A DNA stretch of 48,775 nucleotides from Candidatus Kaiserbacteria bacterium. GTDB taxonomy: Bacteria > Patescibacteriota > Minisyncoccia > Phycocordibacterales > UBA2100. Both the position numbers and the translations under genes were made by a program. The stretch covers positions 1-48,775 of the forward strand of contig JAQBQU010000008.1 of the NCBI GenBank assembly GCA_028286865.1, given 5' to 3'. The notes beneath the pieces are model-generated. The model was not told where the DNA came from. It made no database searches and saw only the letters and a list, made by a program, of their open reading frames with translations. Of the stretch, positions 40,949-48,775 are shown piece by piece (position 1 is the stretch's first letter; every line of letters starts with the position of its first letter).

Positions 40949-42072
40949 ACATTCGTTACTTTCTTGAATAATGCGATGTGCTCACGCAGCACATCGTCCC
41001 AGCTCCAAGCAAAAGCCACTGATGAAAACTCATTGACGAATTGAGCATATTTCGCCTCGTCCGCCAGCACCTGAAGTTTTGCCGCAATATCGCTTACCGA
41101 TCCCGGGTCGATCGTCTCAGGCAGCTGATCTCGAATGCTCAAATAATTTTCTTTGGTCACCAGTGCGGGAAGTCCGAGGGCCATCGATTCGTAGACCTGG
41201 TTCGGAGAGATATCTGTCCAGCTTGGCAGAATAAATGCGCGCGCATTCTTTACGCGCTCAAGCACCGCTTTTTGCGGAAGAGCCGCTTCAATGCGCACCC
41301 GAGACCCGAGACCCATTTCTGTGACCAGATCTTCAATATGCTTTTTCTGCGGTCCGTTCCCGATGAGCGCCAATGTGAAGCCCGGGATATGTGCTTGTCC
41401 GAACGCCCGAACAAGCGTAATCACGTTCTTCATTACAATGAATCGCCCCCAGAAAACGAACTCTTTCGTCGGTACCCCGCGCACGATGCCCATGGCAGCC
41501 GTTTCCGGTATTGGATTATTGATCGTCGAAACGTTCGCAAGAGCATAGTGTTTCTTGTAGATATCGCGCTGCATCTCGCTGTTAAAGACGACGTGCGCAG
41601 CTCCGCGCAGGACCCATCGGATAATACGGAATAAGATCGGATAGTGCCTATAAAATCCGGCGTAATAAAATTCTCCCAAGGCAATGGGGGTCTTTCCGCT
41701 CTCGAGATATTTTTGCTCCCACAGATAATCGCCGCCGACGCGGACGACATACGGCTTTCCTGCAAGGCGTGCCGCGATCGAAGCAGGAAGGCCTGCCGCG
41801 AACCAGTCGAGCATGTATACCAGTTCGCTTGAGCGGATGAATGAGCGCGCCATCAAGAAAAATCGCAGGCGGTTGAGTAACTTATTACCGCGCGCTACGC
41901 GCACGAGCTTGAACGAATATGCAGTGTCTGATGGGTACGTGGATTTTTTTGAATAGGTGACGACAACGACCTCGTGCCCCGCTTCGGTCAGCTTTTGTGC
42001 GAGCTGCGGCGCATAGGTCGCCGGCCCTCCGCTTTCGGGCTCAAATATTCCCGAGACGATGCAGATCTTCAT
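40945..42072 (-). CDS. Glycosyltransferase family 4
   Basis: GIFEPESGGPATY, GRFIVMKN, LPSWTDISPNQVYESMALGLP; start MKICIV overlaps the upstream stop by 4 bp. Confidence 0.9.
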   Translation of the reverse strand: MKICIVSGIFEPESGGPATYAPQLAQKLTEAGHEVVVVTYSKKSTYPSDTAYSFKLVRVARGNKLLNRLRFFLMARSFIRSSELVYMLDWFAAGLPASIAARLAGKPYVVRVGGDYLWEQKYLESGKTPIALGEFYYAGFYRHYPILFRIIRWVLRGAAHVVFNSEMQRDIYKKHYALANVSTINNPIPETAAMGIVRGVPTKEFVFWGRFIVMKNVITLVRAFGQAHIPGFTLALIGNGPQKKHIEDLVTEMGLGSRVRIEAALPQKAVLERVKNARAFILPSWTDISPNQVYESMALGLPALVTKENYLSIRDQLPETIDPGSVSDIAAKLQVLADEAKYAQFVNEFSSVAFAWSWDDVLREHIALFKKVTNV

Positions 42073-43280
42073 ACCAGAGCACTGAAGAGCGTTCGCACAT
42101 CGCGCGCGATGATGTTCCAATCGTATTTCTCTGCGGCCAGCTGCTTCGCGTTGGTTATGATGTTGGCTGTGAGGACCGGATCATTCATATAGCGCTTGAC
42201 CGCCTCCGCGATGCTCTTGGGATCGCGTACGGCGCAAAAGAGCCCGGTCGGCTCTTTATCGGGATTATGATCGGGATCAAAAAGGAAGTCCGGAATGCCG
42301 CCGACGGGAGTCGCGACAACGGGGATCCCGGCCGCAAATGCCTCGACGAAAACATTGCCGAACCCTTCGATGATCGAAGGCCGTACGAAGATGTCCGAGA
42401 TCTTGTAATAGAGCGGAAGCTGCGCATGATCAATGTGGCCCGCGAAGATCACCCGATCAGTCACCCCGATCTCATCCGCGATCGCTTCGAGCTGCTTTTG
42501 ATCGTCGCCGGTCCCGGCGATAAGCAGCTTCACGTGATATGGAAGATACGAGAGAGCGCGGATCGTGTCTTCTACGCCGCGCGAAAGCACGAGCCGCGAG
42601 GCAGTGAAAAGGAATACATCGCCAAGCTTTTTTTCATACTTTTCTTTAAGCTTCGCGAGCTCGACGAGCGGGACGAACTGCGAGAATTTCGCGACATCGA
42701 CGGCATTCGGTATCACATCGATCTCTTTCGTATATCCGATCGCGCGGACCTCGCGCTCGATAAAATGCGAAACACCCTTGATGCGATCGGCATTGAGATA
42801 GATCCGTTTGTAGAGCCACCATATCGGTAAGAGGATGCGGCGTCGCTTGGTCATTTCGGATAGTGCGCGCCCGTCCTGCAGCTCCAGAAAGTACGGTACA
42901 CGAGGGAACCAATATTTGAAAAAGAGCGCCGCAAATCCCGCCTGATTCGCCATCATTCCCCACGTCATGTCATACGGATGCGCCTTATGCAGTGCACGGG
43001 CTTTCCAGAACGCGCCGAACGGGAAGAGCAGTTTTGCGCGCCGGAGCACGAAGGGCATATTTCGATCAGATACTTTTGCGTCCGGTACCGTCGGGCCGAT
43101 GCGATGCACGGTGATGTTGCCTATGCGCTCCACTTCTGGCAACGCACTGTCAAACCGCAGCGTCACCATGTCGAACACGAATTCAGCCGGACTCAATCGA
43201 TCAGTGATCTCCTTGATCGCGACCTCGGCTCCCCCCACATAGGGGTGGTACGTCAGCGAAAATATCAGTATCCGCTTCAT
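42069..43280 (-). CDS. Glycosyltransferase family 4
   Basis: YHPYVGGAE, IPNAVD, RPSIIEGFGNVFVEAFAAGIPVVATPVGGIPD. Confidence 0.92.
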   Translation of the reverse strand: MKRILIFSLTYHPYVGGAEVAIKEITDRLSPAEFVFDMVTLRFDSALPEVERIGNITVHRIGPTVPDAKVSDRNMPFVLRRAKLLFPFGAFWKARALHKAHPYDMTWGMMANQAGFAALFFKYWFPRVPYFLELQDGRALSEMTKRRRILLPIWWLYKRIYLNADRIKGVSHFIEREVRAIGYTKEIDVIPNAVDVAKFSQFVPLVELAKLKEKYEKKLGDVFLFTASRLVLSRGVEDTIRALSYLPYHVKLLIAGTGDDQKQLEAIADEIGVTDRVIFAGHIDHAQLPLYYKISDIFVRPSIIEGFGNVFVEAFAAGIPVVATPVGGIPDFLFDPDHNPDKEPTGLFCAVRDPKSIAEAVKRYMNDPVLTANIITNAKQLAAEKYDWNIIARDVRTLFSALV

Positions 43281-44770
43281 AGTACGGGGCGCATCAGCTT
43301 CCCTTCCTGCTTCATGGTGAGTTCGTGATACTTGTTGCGCACACGGCTCAAAAGGTCGTCGCCGGTCCGGGTGTCGGTATCCGTATATACCTGGTCAGCT
43401 TTTTTCTCAGCGTAGGAAACGAGACGTTGCTGCATCGTTGAATATTTCTCACTGTCATGGCGCGCGATAATAAAGCTCGCGCGGGATCCCATGAGTTTGA
43501 GAATCACACCGGCCAGCGCACCATAGCTCGCCATGAGCGACCACATGAATCTGAATTTGAGCGTGCGGTCGAGCGTGCGCGCTTTGAACGCTCCGAGGAT
43601 CGGCAGCAGATATTTATCCAAGGGCGTTCCGAATCCCAAACGATAGATGGTCACGTTTTCGGTCTTCTCGATGCGCTTGAGTCCGCGACGAAACTTGGTC
43701 GTGACCACATGGAATTCCGTTTCCGGCATCTCGCGCGCAAGCATTGCGAGACGCTCCTCGGCGAGCCCCGCGTCGGGATAATACGTGGTCGCAAACACCA
43801 GTATCTTCGCTTCAGGTAGCCCCTCATCTTTGTACTGGGCAATCATGTCATCGAGCAATTGATTGAGCGTTTTGGAAGGCTTCCAATTGAGCTCATGTTT
43901 GGCAAGCGTAATGTCCGGTCGACGAAAGAGCGGCGCATCGTCTATTTTCTCAAAAACAACGTTTGATTTGGAACCCGTCTTCTCGATAATGCTTTTTGCC
44001 AAGTCGAGAATGGATATCTCTTGGTCGCTGCCGATATTGACGGGGCCAGCAAAACCGTCTTTTTTCATCAAAAGATCGAGGGCTTCGATCTGATCATCGA
44101 CATGAAGGAAGCAGCGCGTCTGCGACCCGGTGCCGTATAAAATAATATCGCGATTACTCAGTGCATTGTAAATAAACACAGAGGGTATTCGTCCGTCGGT
44201 CATTTGGGTGTGAGGTCCCGCCGTATTAAAAATACGCGCGATCTTGATCTTGGTGCCGTACATGCGCGCATGATCGACGAAAAGAGTCTCCGCCATTCGC
44301 TTCCCCTTCTCATAGCACGAACGCGCGGAGAGCGAATTGGCATTACTTGCATCGTCATCACTCTCCCGAAATGCGTGATCTCCCATCTCGCCGTAAATAT
44401 CCGCCGACGATGCCTGCAGGATCGTGGCATCGTTCTTTCGTGCAAGATCGAGCATATTGATGACACCGTCGACCAACGTACGGGTCGTGTGGATCGGGTC
44501 TACCTGCAGGCTGATTACGGATACGGGGCATGCAAGATTAAATATCCAATCTATTCTTTCTCCCGGATCAAGGGGCGCCACAATATCGTGTTTGATGAAT
44601 CGAAAATTCTTGTGATGGAGTATGGGATCAATGTTGCGGGTATCGCGCGTTTTCATAAGATTATCCACGACGATCACTCGATGACCTTCGCTGATGTAGC
44701 GCTTCGCCATTACCGAGCCTAGTGCTCCGGCTCCTCCCGTGATGAGGATGGTCTTGGTGTGAGTGCCCAT
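43277..44770 (-). CDS. UDP-glucuronate decarboxylase-like SDR fused to a GT4 N-terminal half-domain
   Basis: TGGAGALGS, NLACP, RSCYEKGKR, ARIFNT.GP, GSQTR.F, GPVNIG; C-terminal ~175 aa begins KILVFATTYYP. Confidence 0.85.
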   Translation of the reverse strand: MGTHTKTILITGGAGALGSVMAKRYISEGHRVIVVDNLMKTRDTRNIDPILHHKNFRFIKHDIVAPLDPGERIDWIFNLACPVSVISLQVDPIHTTRTLVDGVINMLDLARKNDATILQASSADIYGEMGDHAFRESDDDASNANSLSARSCYEKGKRMAETLFVDHARMYGTKIKIARIFNTAGPHTQMTDGRIPSVFIYNALSNRDIILYGTGSQTRCFLHVDDQIEALDLLMKKDGFAGPVNIGSDQEISILDLAKSIIEKTGSKSNVVFEKIDDAPLFRRPDITLAKHELNWKPSKTLNQLLDDMIAQYKDEGLPEAKILVFATTYYPDAGLAEERLAMLAREMPETEFHVVTTKFRRGLKRIEKTENVTIYRLGFGTPLDKYLLPILGAFKARTLDRTLKFRFMWSLMASYGALAGVILKLMGSRASFIIARHDSEKYSTMQQRLVSYAEKKADQVYTDTDTRTGDDLLSRVRNKYHELTMKQEGKLMRPVL

Positions 44771-44779
44771 TTCAGAAGA

Positions 44780-46252
44780 CTACTCTGCTTCCGGGCTTTC
44801 TTCAACAATGTCCCACTCGCTCGCTTTCATTCGGCGCGTCATCATGGCTGCCGCGCCGAGTATCCCGACGAGACCAACGACACCGACATACCAATACCAA
44901 TGCCCGCTCGTGGATCCTGCTGCAGCTGCCAATTGCGACGACGGAGCCTGCTCGCTCGAGGTGGTCGCGCTATCTGTTTCGGCCTTTTGCTCGCTTACCG
45001 CTGTTTCTGCCGAAGCAGTATCTTGCACTTGCTCCTCGGCAGCGGAAGTCGTGGCGATCGCTGTCGCGGGCATGGCTGCCGTTGCTATCGGGGCTTGTGC
45101 GGTCGCAACGGGTTCGGCGGGGGTACTTTCATTTGCCTTGAGCGCAAGGACGCCGTTGGGATAATCGAGTTCGGTGTCGGGACCGGAGTAAAATCCGAGC
45201 GTTGGTTGCGCAATACGAAGTGTTGCGCCTTTGAGCAGGATCGAGTGTTCGGGCAGAATAAAATTCCGGGCGAACGATCGCACGACCCATCGCGATAGAT
45301 CGAGATTGTGTCCGGCGCTGTTGCCGATCGAGATACTGCCGTCGGCATTGGTCGTGTAGGTGAGCTTTGCCGGCTCGGCATCCACGGTCAGTACATCCTC
45401 CACCGCCGTCTTATTCTGTGCGATCGAAAGCACGACCGCATACCGCCCCGGATAATCGTAGTGATGCATCACGGTCGCCCCCTCGGCGGTCGAGCCGTCG
45501 CCGAAATTCCACATGAATCGCACGCGATCAAGATCCTGGTCATTGCGATCATATGCACGGCCGTCGAATTCGGCATCCGCTCCGACGATCACCGTCCGAT
45601 CACCTCCCGCATCGGCAAACACCGTCGGGACCGGCGGTGGCACATACGAAGAGACCGTTGTATTGGTAGTTGAAGTCTGGGTCGTAGTTGTAGAAGTACT
45701 CGTAGAACTATCGGCAACCACCGGCACCGCTGCTACGGTCGCATTGGCGGCATTCGGTGTCGGCAACGCCATGATCCATGTGCCCGCATTATTCTGTAGA
45801 CTATTGCCGTCACCGTTACCGCCCTGGTCCTTCGTATAGCTCACGGTCGAAACCACGGCGCCCGTGTCGTTAGTGAGCGAAATGGTGCCCGAGAGGTTCG
45901 AGAGGCTCAGCACAGTATCGATGACGGTGCCCGTCACTGCCGAATGTGACGCGAGAAAGTTGGTCGCGTTATCGACGAGAAGCGCATAGCCGCCGGGAGC
46001 GATCGTGATTGAGCCCGCACCCCCGTTTTTCGGCGGAACATTGAACGTATGTGCTGAGCCGTCATTGATCTTCCACTTGGTGAGATCGACGGCAGTACTG
46101 CCGGTATTCAAAAGCTCGACGTACTCCTGATCGGTGTCAGTACCGGGCGCATCGTAAAGAAATTCATTGATGATGACGTCCGCTGAAACCAAAGCAGGCG
46201 CGCAGAGCGTGAAGAGAACGACGAGAACGCTTGTTGTTTTTGGAGTGAGCAT
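44780..46252 (-). CDS. Surface protein with lamin-tail and PKD domains and a C-terminal TM anchor
   Basis: Signal peptide, IINEFLYDAPGTD..EYVELLN..VDL..W, WNFGDGS...HHYDYPGRY, Ala/Thr linker, C-terminal hydrophobic helix. Confidence 0.85.
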   Translation of the reverse strand: MLTPKTTSVLVVLFTLCAPALVSADVIINEFLYDAPGTDTDQEYVELLNTGSTAVDLTKWKINDGSAHTFNVPPKNGGAGSITIAPGGYALLVDNATNFLASHSAVTGTVIDTVLSLSNLSGTISLTNDTGAVVSTVSYTKDQGGNGDGNSLQNNAGTWIMALPTPNAANATVAAVPVVADSSTSTSTTTTQTSTTNTTVSSYVPPPVPTVFADAGGDRTVIVGADAEFDGRAYDRNDQDLDRVRFMWNFGDGSTAEGATVMHHYDYPGRYAVVLSIAQNKTAVEDVLTVDAEPAKLTYTTNADGSISIGNSAGHNLDLSRWVVRSFARNFILPEHSILLKGATLRIAQPTLGFYSGPDTELDYPNGVLALKANESTPAEPVATAQAPIATAAMPATAIATTSAAEEQVQDTASAETAVSEQKAETDSATTSSEQAPSSQLAAAAGSTSGHWYWYVGVVGLVGILGAAAMMTRRMKASEWDIVEESPEAE

Positions 46253-46330
46253 GACCCCGCAAGCACACGCCATTATTATAGTGACTTCTCTTATTTCATG
46301 AAGGGCGCCGCCGCGCGAATTGGGGATATC

Positions 46331-47443
46331 CTAGCGGACCGATAGATACTTCCCTTTCTTGCCGATCTTACTGAACACCACCTGCCAGAGCTGGAGATGT
46401 CGCATGCGAAACGACGCCGCGCACGAGAGCAGATAATATTTCCACATGCGATAGAAGCGGTCATCGTACGAGCCTTTCAGTTCGCTCCAATGCGCATCGA
46501 AATTTGCCGCCCATGCCATGAGCGTCGGGTCATAATCGGGTCCGAAATTGTGCCAGTCCTCCATCGAGAACAAATTGTCCGCCGCATCTCCGATCTGCTT
46601 GATCGAGGGCACGGTACCATGCGGAAAGATATATTTAGCGGTCCACGGCTCGTTGTCGAGGCGGGTGATGTTCCCCCCGATCGTGTGCAGGAGGAAATAT
46701 CCGTCGTCTTTGAGGATCGAGTGCACCTTCTGCATATATTCCCGATGATTCTTGTAGCCCACGTGCTCGAACATCCCGACCGAGACCACGTGATCGAATG
46801 TTCCTTCGAGCATGCGGTAATCCTGGAGTCGCGTCTCCACTGGGAGCGCTCCTTTGTGCGCGTCTACGTACGCGACCTGCTCTTTCGAGACCGTGACACC
46901 GGTACCGTGCGCGCCGTATTTCTCTGCGGCAAACAACAGAAAGCTTCCCCATCCCGAGCCGATATCCGCGACACTATCCCCCGGCTTGAGCCCTATCTTG
47001 CGACAGATGAGATCGAGCTTCGCTTCCTGTGCTTCATCGAGCGTTTTCGCACCTTTCCAGTAGCCGCATGAATACGCGAGGCGTTTATCGAGCATCTTCT
47101 CGTAGAGGTCGTTGCCGATATCATAGTGCCGCTCCCCCACCTCAAATGCGCGGGTCTTCTGATAGTTGGTAAGCTTCGCTTGTACGAAGCTCCAGACGAG
47201 CTTCGCATTGATCTTAATGTGGTTCTGTAGATCATTCTGTAAAATTTTGTAAATGAGCTGATCCACGGCACCCGCATCCCACCAGCCGTCCATGTAGCTC
47301 TCGCCGAATCCGAGAGTGCCGCCGGAGAGTACACGGTCGTAAAAGCGTGCATCGTGCACCTGAATATCCCATGGCTCTTTCCCGCCCACCACGATGCCTG
47401 ATTTCTCGAACGCATTCCTGAGCACGATCTCGGCATTCTTCAT
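46331..47443 (-). CDS. cfa: Cyclopropane-fatty-acyl-phospholipid synthase
   Basis: LGFGESYMDGWW, HYDIGNDLY, YSCGYW, DIGSGWG, SVGMFEHVG, KYIFP, RMWKYYLLSCA. Confidence 0.95.
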   Translation of the reverse strand: MKNAEIVLRNAFEKSGIVVGGKEPWDIQVHDARFYDRVLSGGTLGFGESYMDGWWDAGAVDQLIYKILQNDLQNHIKINAKLVWSFVQAKLTNYQKTRAFEVGERHYDIGNDLYEKMLDKRLAYSCGYWKGAKTLDEAQEAKLDLICRKIGLKPGDSVADIGSGWGSFLLFAAEKYGAHGTGVTVSKEQVAYVDAHKGALPVETRLQDYRMLEGTFDHVVSVGMFEHVGYKNHREYMQKVHSILKDDGYFLLHTIGGNITRLDNEPWTAKYIFPHGTVPSIKQIGDAADNLFSMEDWHNFGPDYDPTLMAWAANFDAHWSELKGSYDDRFYRMWKYYLLSCAASFRMRHLQLWQVVFSKIGKKGKYLSVR

Positions 47444-47449
47444 GCCCTT

Positions 47450-47458
47450 ATTATACCA
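47450..47458 (-). promoter_or_regulatory. Extended -10 element TGGTATAAT (leaderless cfa promoter)
   Basis: TG-n-TATAAT ends 6 nt upstream of ATG 47443. Confidence 0.65.
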
Positions 47459-47517
47459 AAACAGGCTTTCATAGAACATCTTAGTCATGATTTGTCGCCC
47501 GGCGCTATCTGGAGCAC

Positions 47518-47545
47518 AAAAGAAAACTCCGCCCGTAAGGCGGAG
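47518..47545 (-). terminator. Intrinsic terminator
   Basis: CTCCGCC-TTACG-GGCGGAG-TTTTCTTTT on the minus strand after the gene ending at 47571. Confidence 0.75.
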
Positions 47546-47570
47546 CAAGTCGTAGCTGAGGTAGTAGTTT

Positions 47571-48032
47571 TTAATTTTCGGGTACAGTGGTCGATGTAAG
47601 TCGTGCCAATCTCGCGTCGCGGATTTCCTCCACTAGGTTTCTTTCTTCGTTAGCGAGCACAAGTCCTGCCGCGACCCCGCGTTCCACGAGACCGAGAAGA
47701 AAAAGCGTCCAATCTACGCGCCTGCTTTTGTCGTTCGCATCCACTGTGCTGGTGGTGCGATGCGATTTGATGAAGTCACTGAGGAGTTTATTCTCCGCTG
47801 CCATTTCATTGTAGAGCGTAGTGAGCGGACGGCGCAGCCTACTCATCTTAAAGTCGTTCACCTCGCCTCCGTCGTTGTCTTTCTGCAAGCCTTTCAGTTC
47901 CGTGAATCTCGCCTGAAAGACGAGGCTAAGGGGGACCAACTCTTGTTTACGTCGCTGCGCCGTCACAAGGTCTGGAGGTGGATTTTGTTCGGTGTAGATG
48001 CGTTTGTACGCTTTGGACATTTCCTCGGTCAT
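47571..48032 (-). CDS. Hypothetical helical protein
   Basis: About 153-aa ORF with natural composition, followed by a terminator; no motif recognised; start uncertain. Confidence 0.55.
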   Translation of the reverse strand: MTEEMSKAYKRIYTEQNPPPDLVTAQRRKQELVPLSLVFQARFTELKGLQKDNDGGEVNDFKMSRLRRPLTTLYNEMAAENKLLSDFIKSHRTTSTVDANDKSRRVDWTLFLLGLVERGVAAGLVLANEERNLVEEIRDARLARLTSTTVPEN

Positions 48033-48512
48033 ACGACGCACAGCCGAAGTAATGGTCGCAAGTGCGGAGCGGTATCTCTCCGGGTCCGAACCGCCTGGTC
48101 TGCCTCCTCTAACCCAGCGGTAGAGAAACTGGATTTCAGTACGATAGTACGAGAGCGCACTTGTCGCCGATGCTTTCCATCCCAGATAATCCTCATCAGT
48201 CTCAAACTCGTTCGAATCGACAAACTCAAGCTGCGTCTCTCAGCTCTTTATCGCCAGCTCAAGTTCATTGATGCGCGACAAAGCATTTTCTTCAGACGGT
48301 GGGGGTGTTTGGCGACTGTAAGGCCCCAGGTGGGCCTTCTGCTGTTGCTGCGACATTGGCTTCTATCCTCTGTTGGATGCCAAGAGTGGAGACCCCCTAA
48401 TCAAAGGACATCTCCAAATAAGACCGTATCACATTGCTATAGCAAACGAAAACGACGTGCCTCAGTCCGCCGGAATCAATTTCAAACCGGCTGCCGGACT
48501 TGGATCTGACCC

Positions 48513-48775
48513 TTAGAGATCGTCCTCCCCTCTATGCGAGCCGTTGATGACTTGCTGGAGAACCTTGTGGGACACCTCGGCGTCGCGCCAATCATGCTGC
48601 GGCTCGGGTGACTGCTTAGGCTCGGGGGCTTTTTGCTCTTCCCACTTCGTTTCTGTCTTTCGTGCATCCACATGAATGTCGGTGCGCACTTGCGTATAGG
48701 TATTGTTCTGCACCATACGCGGCTGTTTATCATCGATGCGCTCAACCACGCGCTCTTCCGGTCGCGTATCAGGAC
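48513..48775 (-). CDS. Hypothetical protein, C-terminal fragment
   Basis: The frame of track ORF 48513..48749 stays open to the window edge (PDTRPEERVVERIDDK...). Confidence 0.45.
   Translation of the reverse strand, partial: PDTRPEERVVERIDDKQPRMVQNNTYTQVRTDIHVDARKTETKWEEQKAPEPKQSPEPQHDWRDAEVSHKVLQQVINGSHRGEDDL

Noticed and set aside
47760-48509. 249-aa plus ORF and possible prophage or island edge
   Set aside because: It overlaps a better-supported minus gene, has unnatural composition, and no integrase, att site or phage gene is visible.

Overview
The window looks like a Patescibacteria/CPR (Parcubacteria-like) chromosome segment. This is inferred from the gene families, the giant Thr/Ser/Gly/Ala-rich surface protein and the near absence of Shine-Dalgarno sites; the standard code is used. 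Nearly all genes are on the minus strand. Left part (1-15139): a giant (>2170 aa) repeat-built fibre-like membrane protein that the ORF track missed because it runs off the window; a divergent F1Fo-like ATPase operon (c-like fusion, long b, delta-like, alpha, gamma, beta, short epsilon) with no subunit a; and a tandem-HTH membrane protein. The gene in the atpE position is a 554-aa fusion of a cytoplasmic Xis/MerR-like HTH, a TM helix, an extracellular phage-fibre-type domain and a c-subunit-like hairpin that keeps the RNP loop but lacks the ion-binding carboxylate. The same N-terminal HTH is found on both flanking membrane proteins. My best candidate for a new system is therefore an ion-uncoupled, ATP-driven rotary machine linked to surface fibres and possibly DNA (inference). 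Middle: gatB, secA, an unannotated 23-aa Lys-rich peptide, a candidate ~235-nt ncRNA and two families of structured intergenic repeats. Right (20301-44770): a surface-glycan locus with an O-antigen-ligase/TPR protein, Wzx, eight GT4s, methyltransferases and nucleotide-sugar enzymes. It is followed by an LTD/PKD surface protein, cfa and hypothetical genes. All family calls are by eye from motifs; no searches were run.
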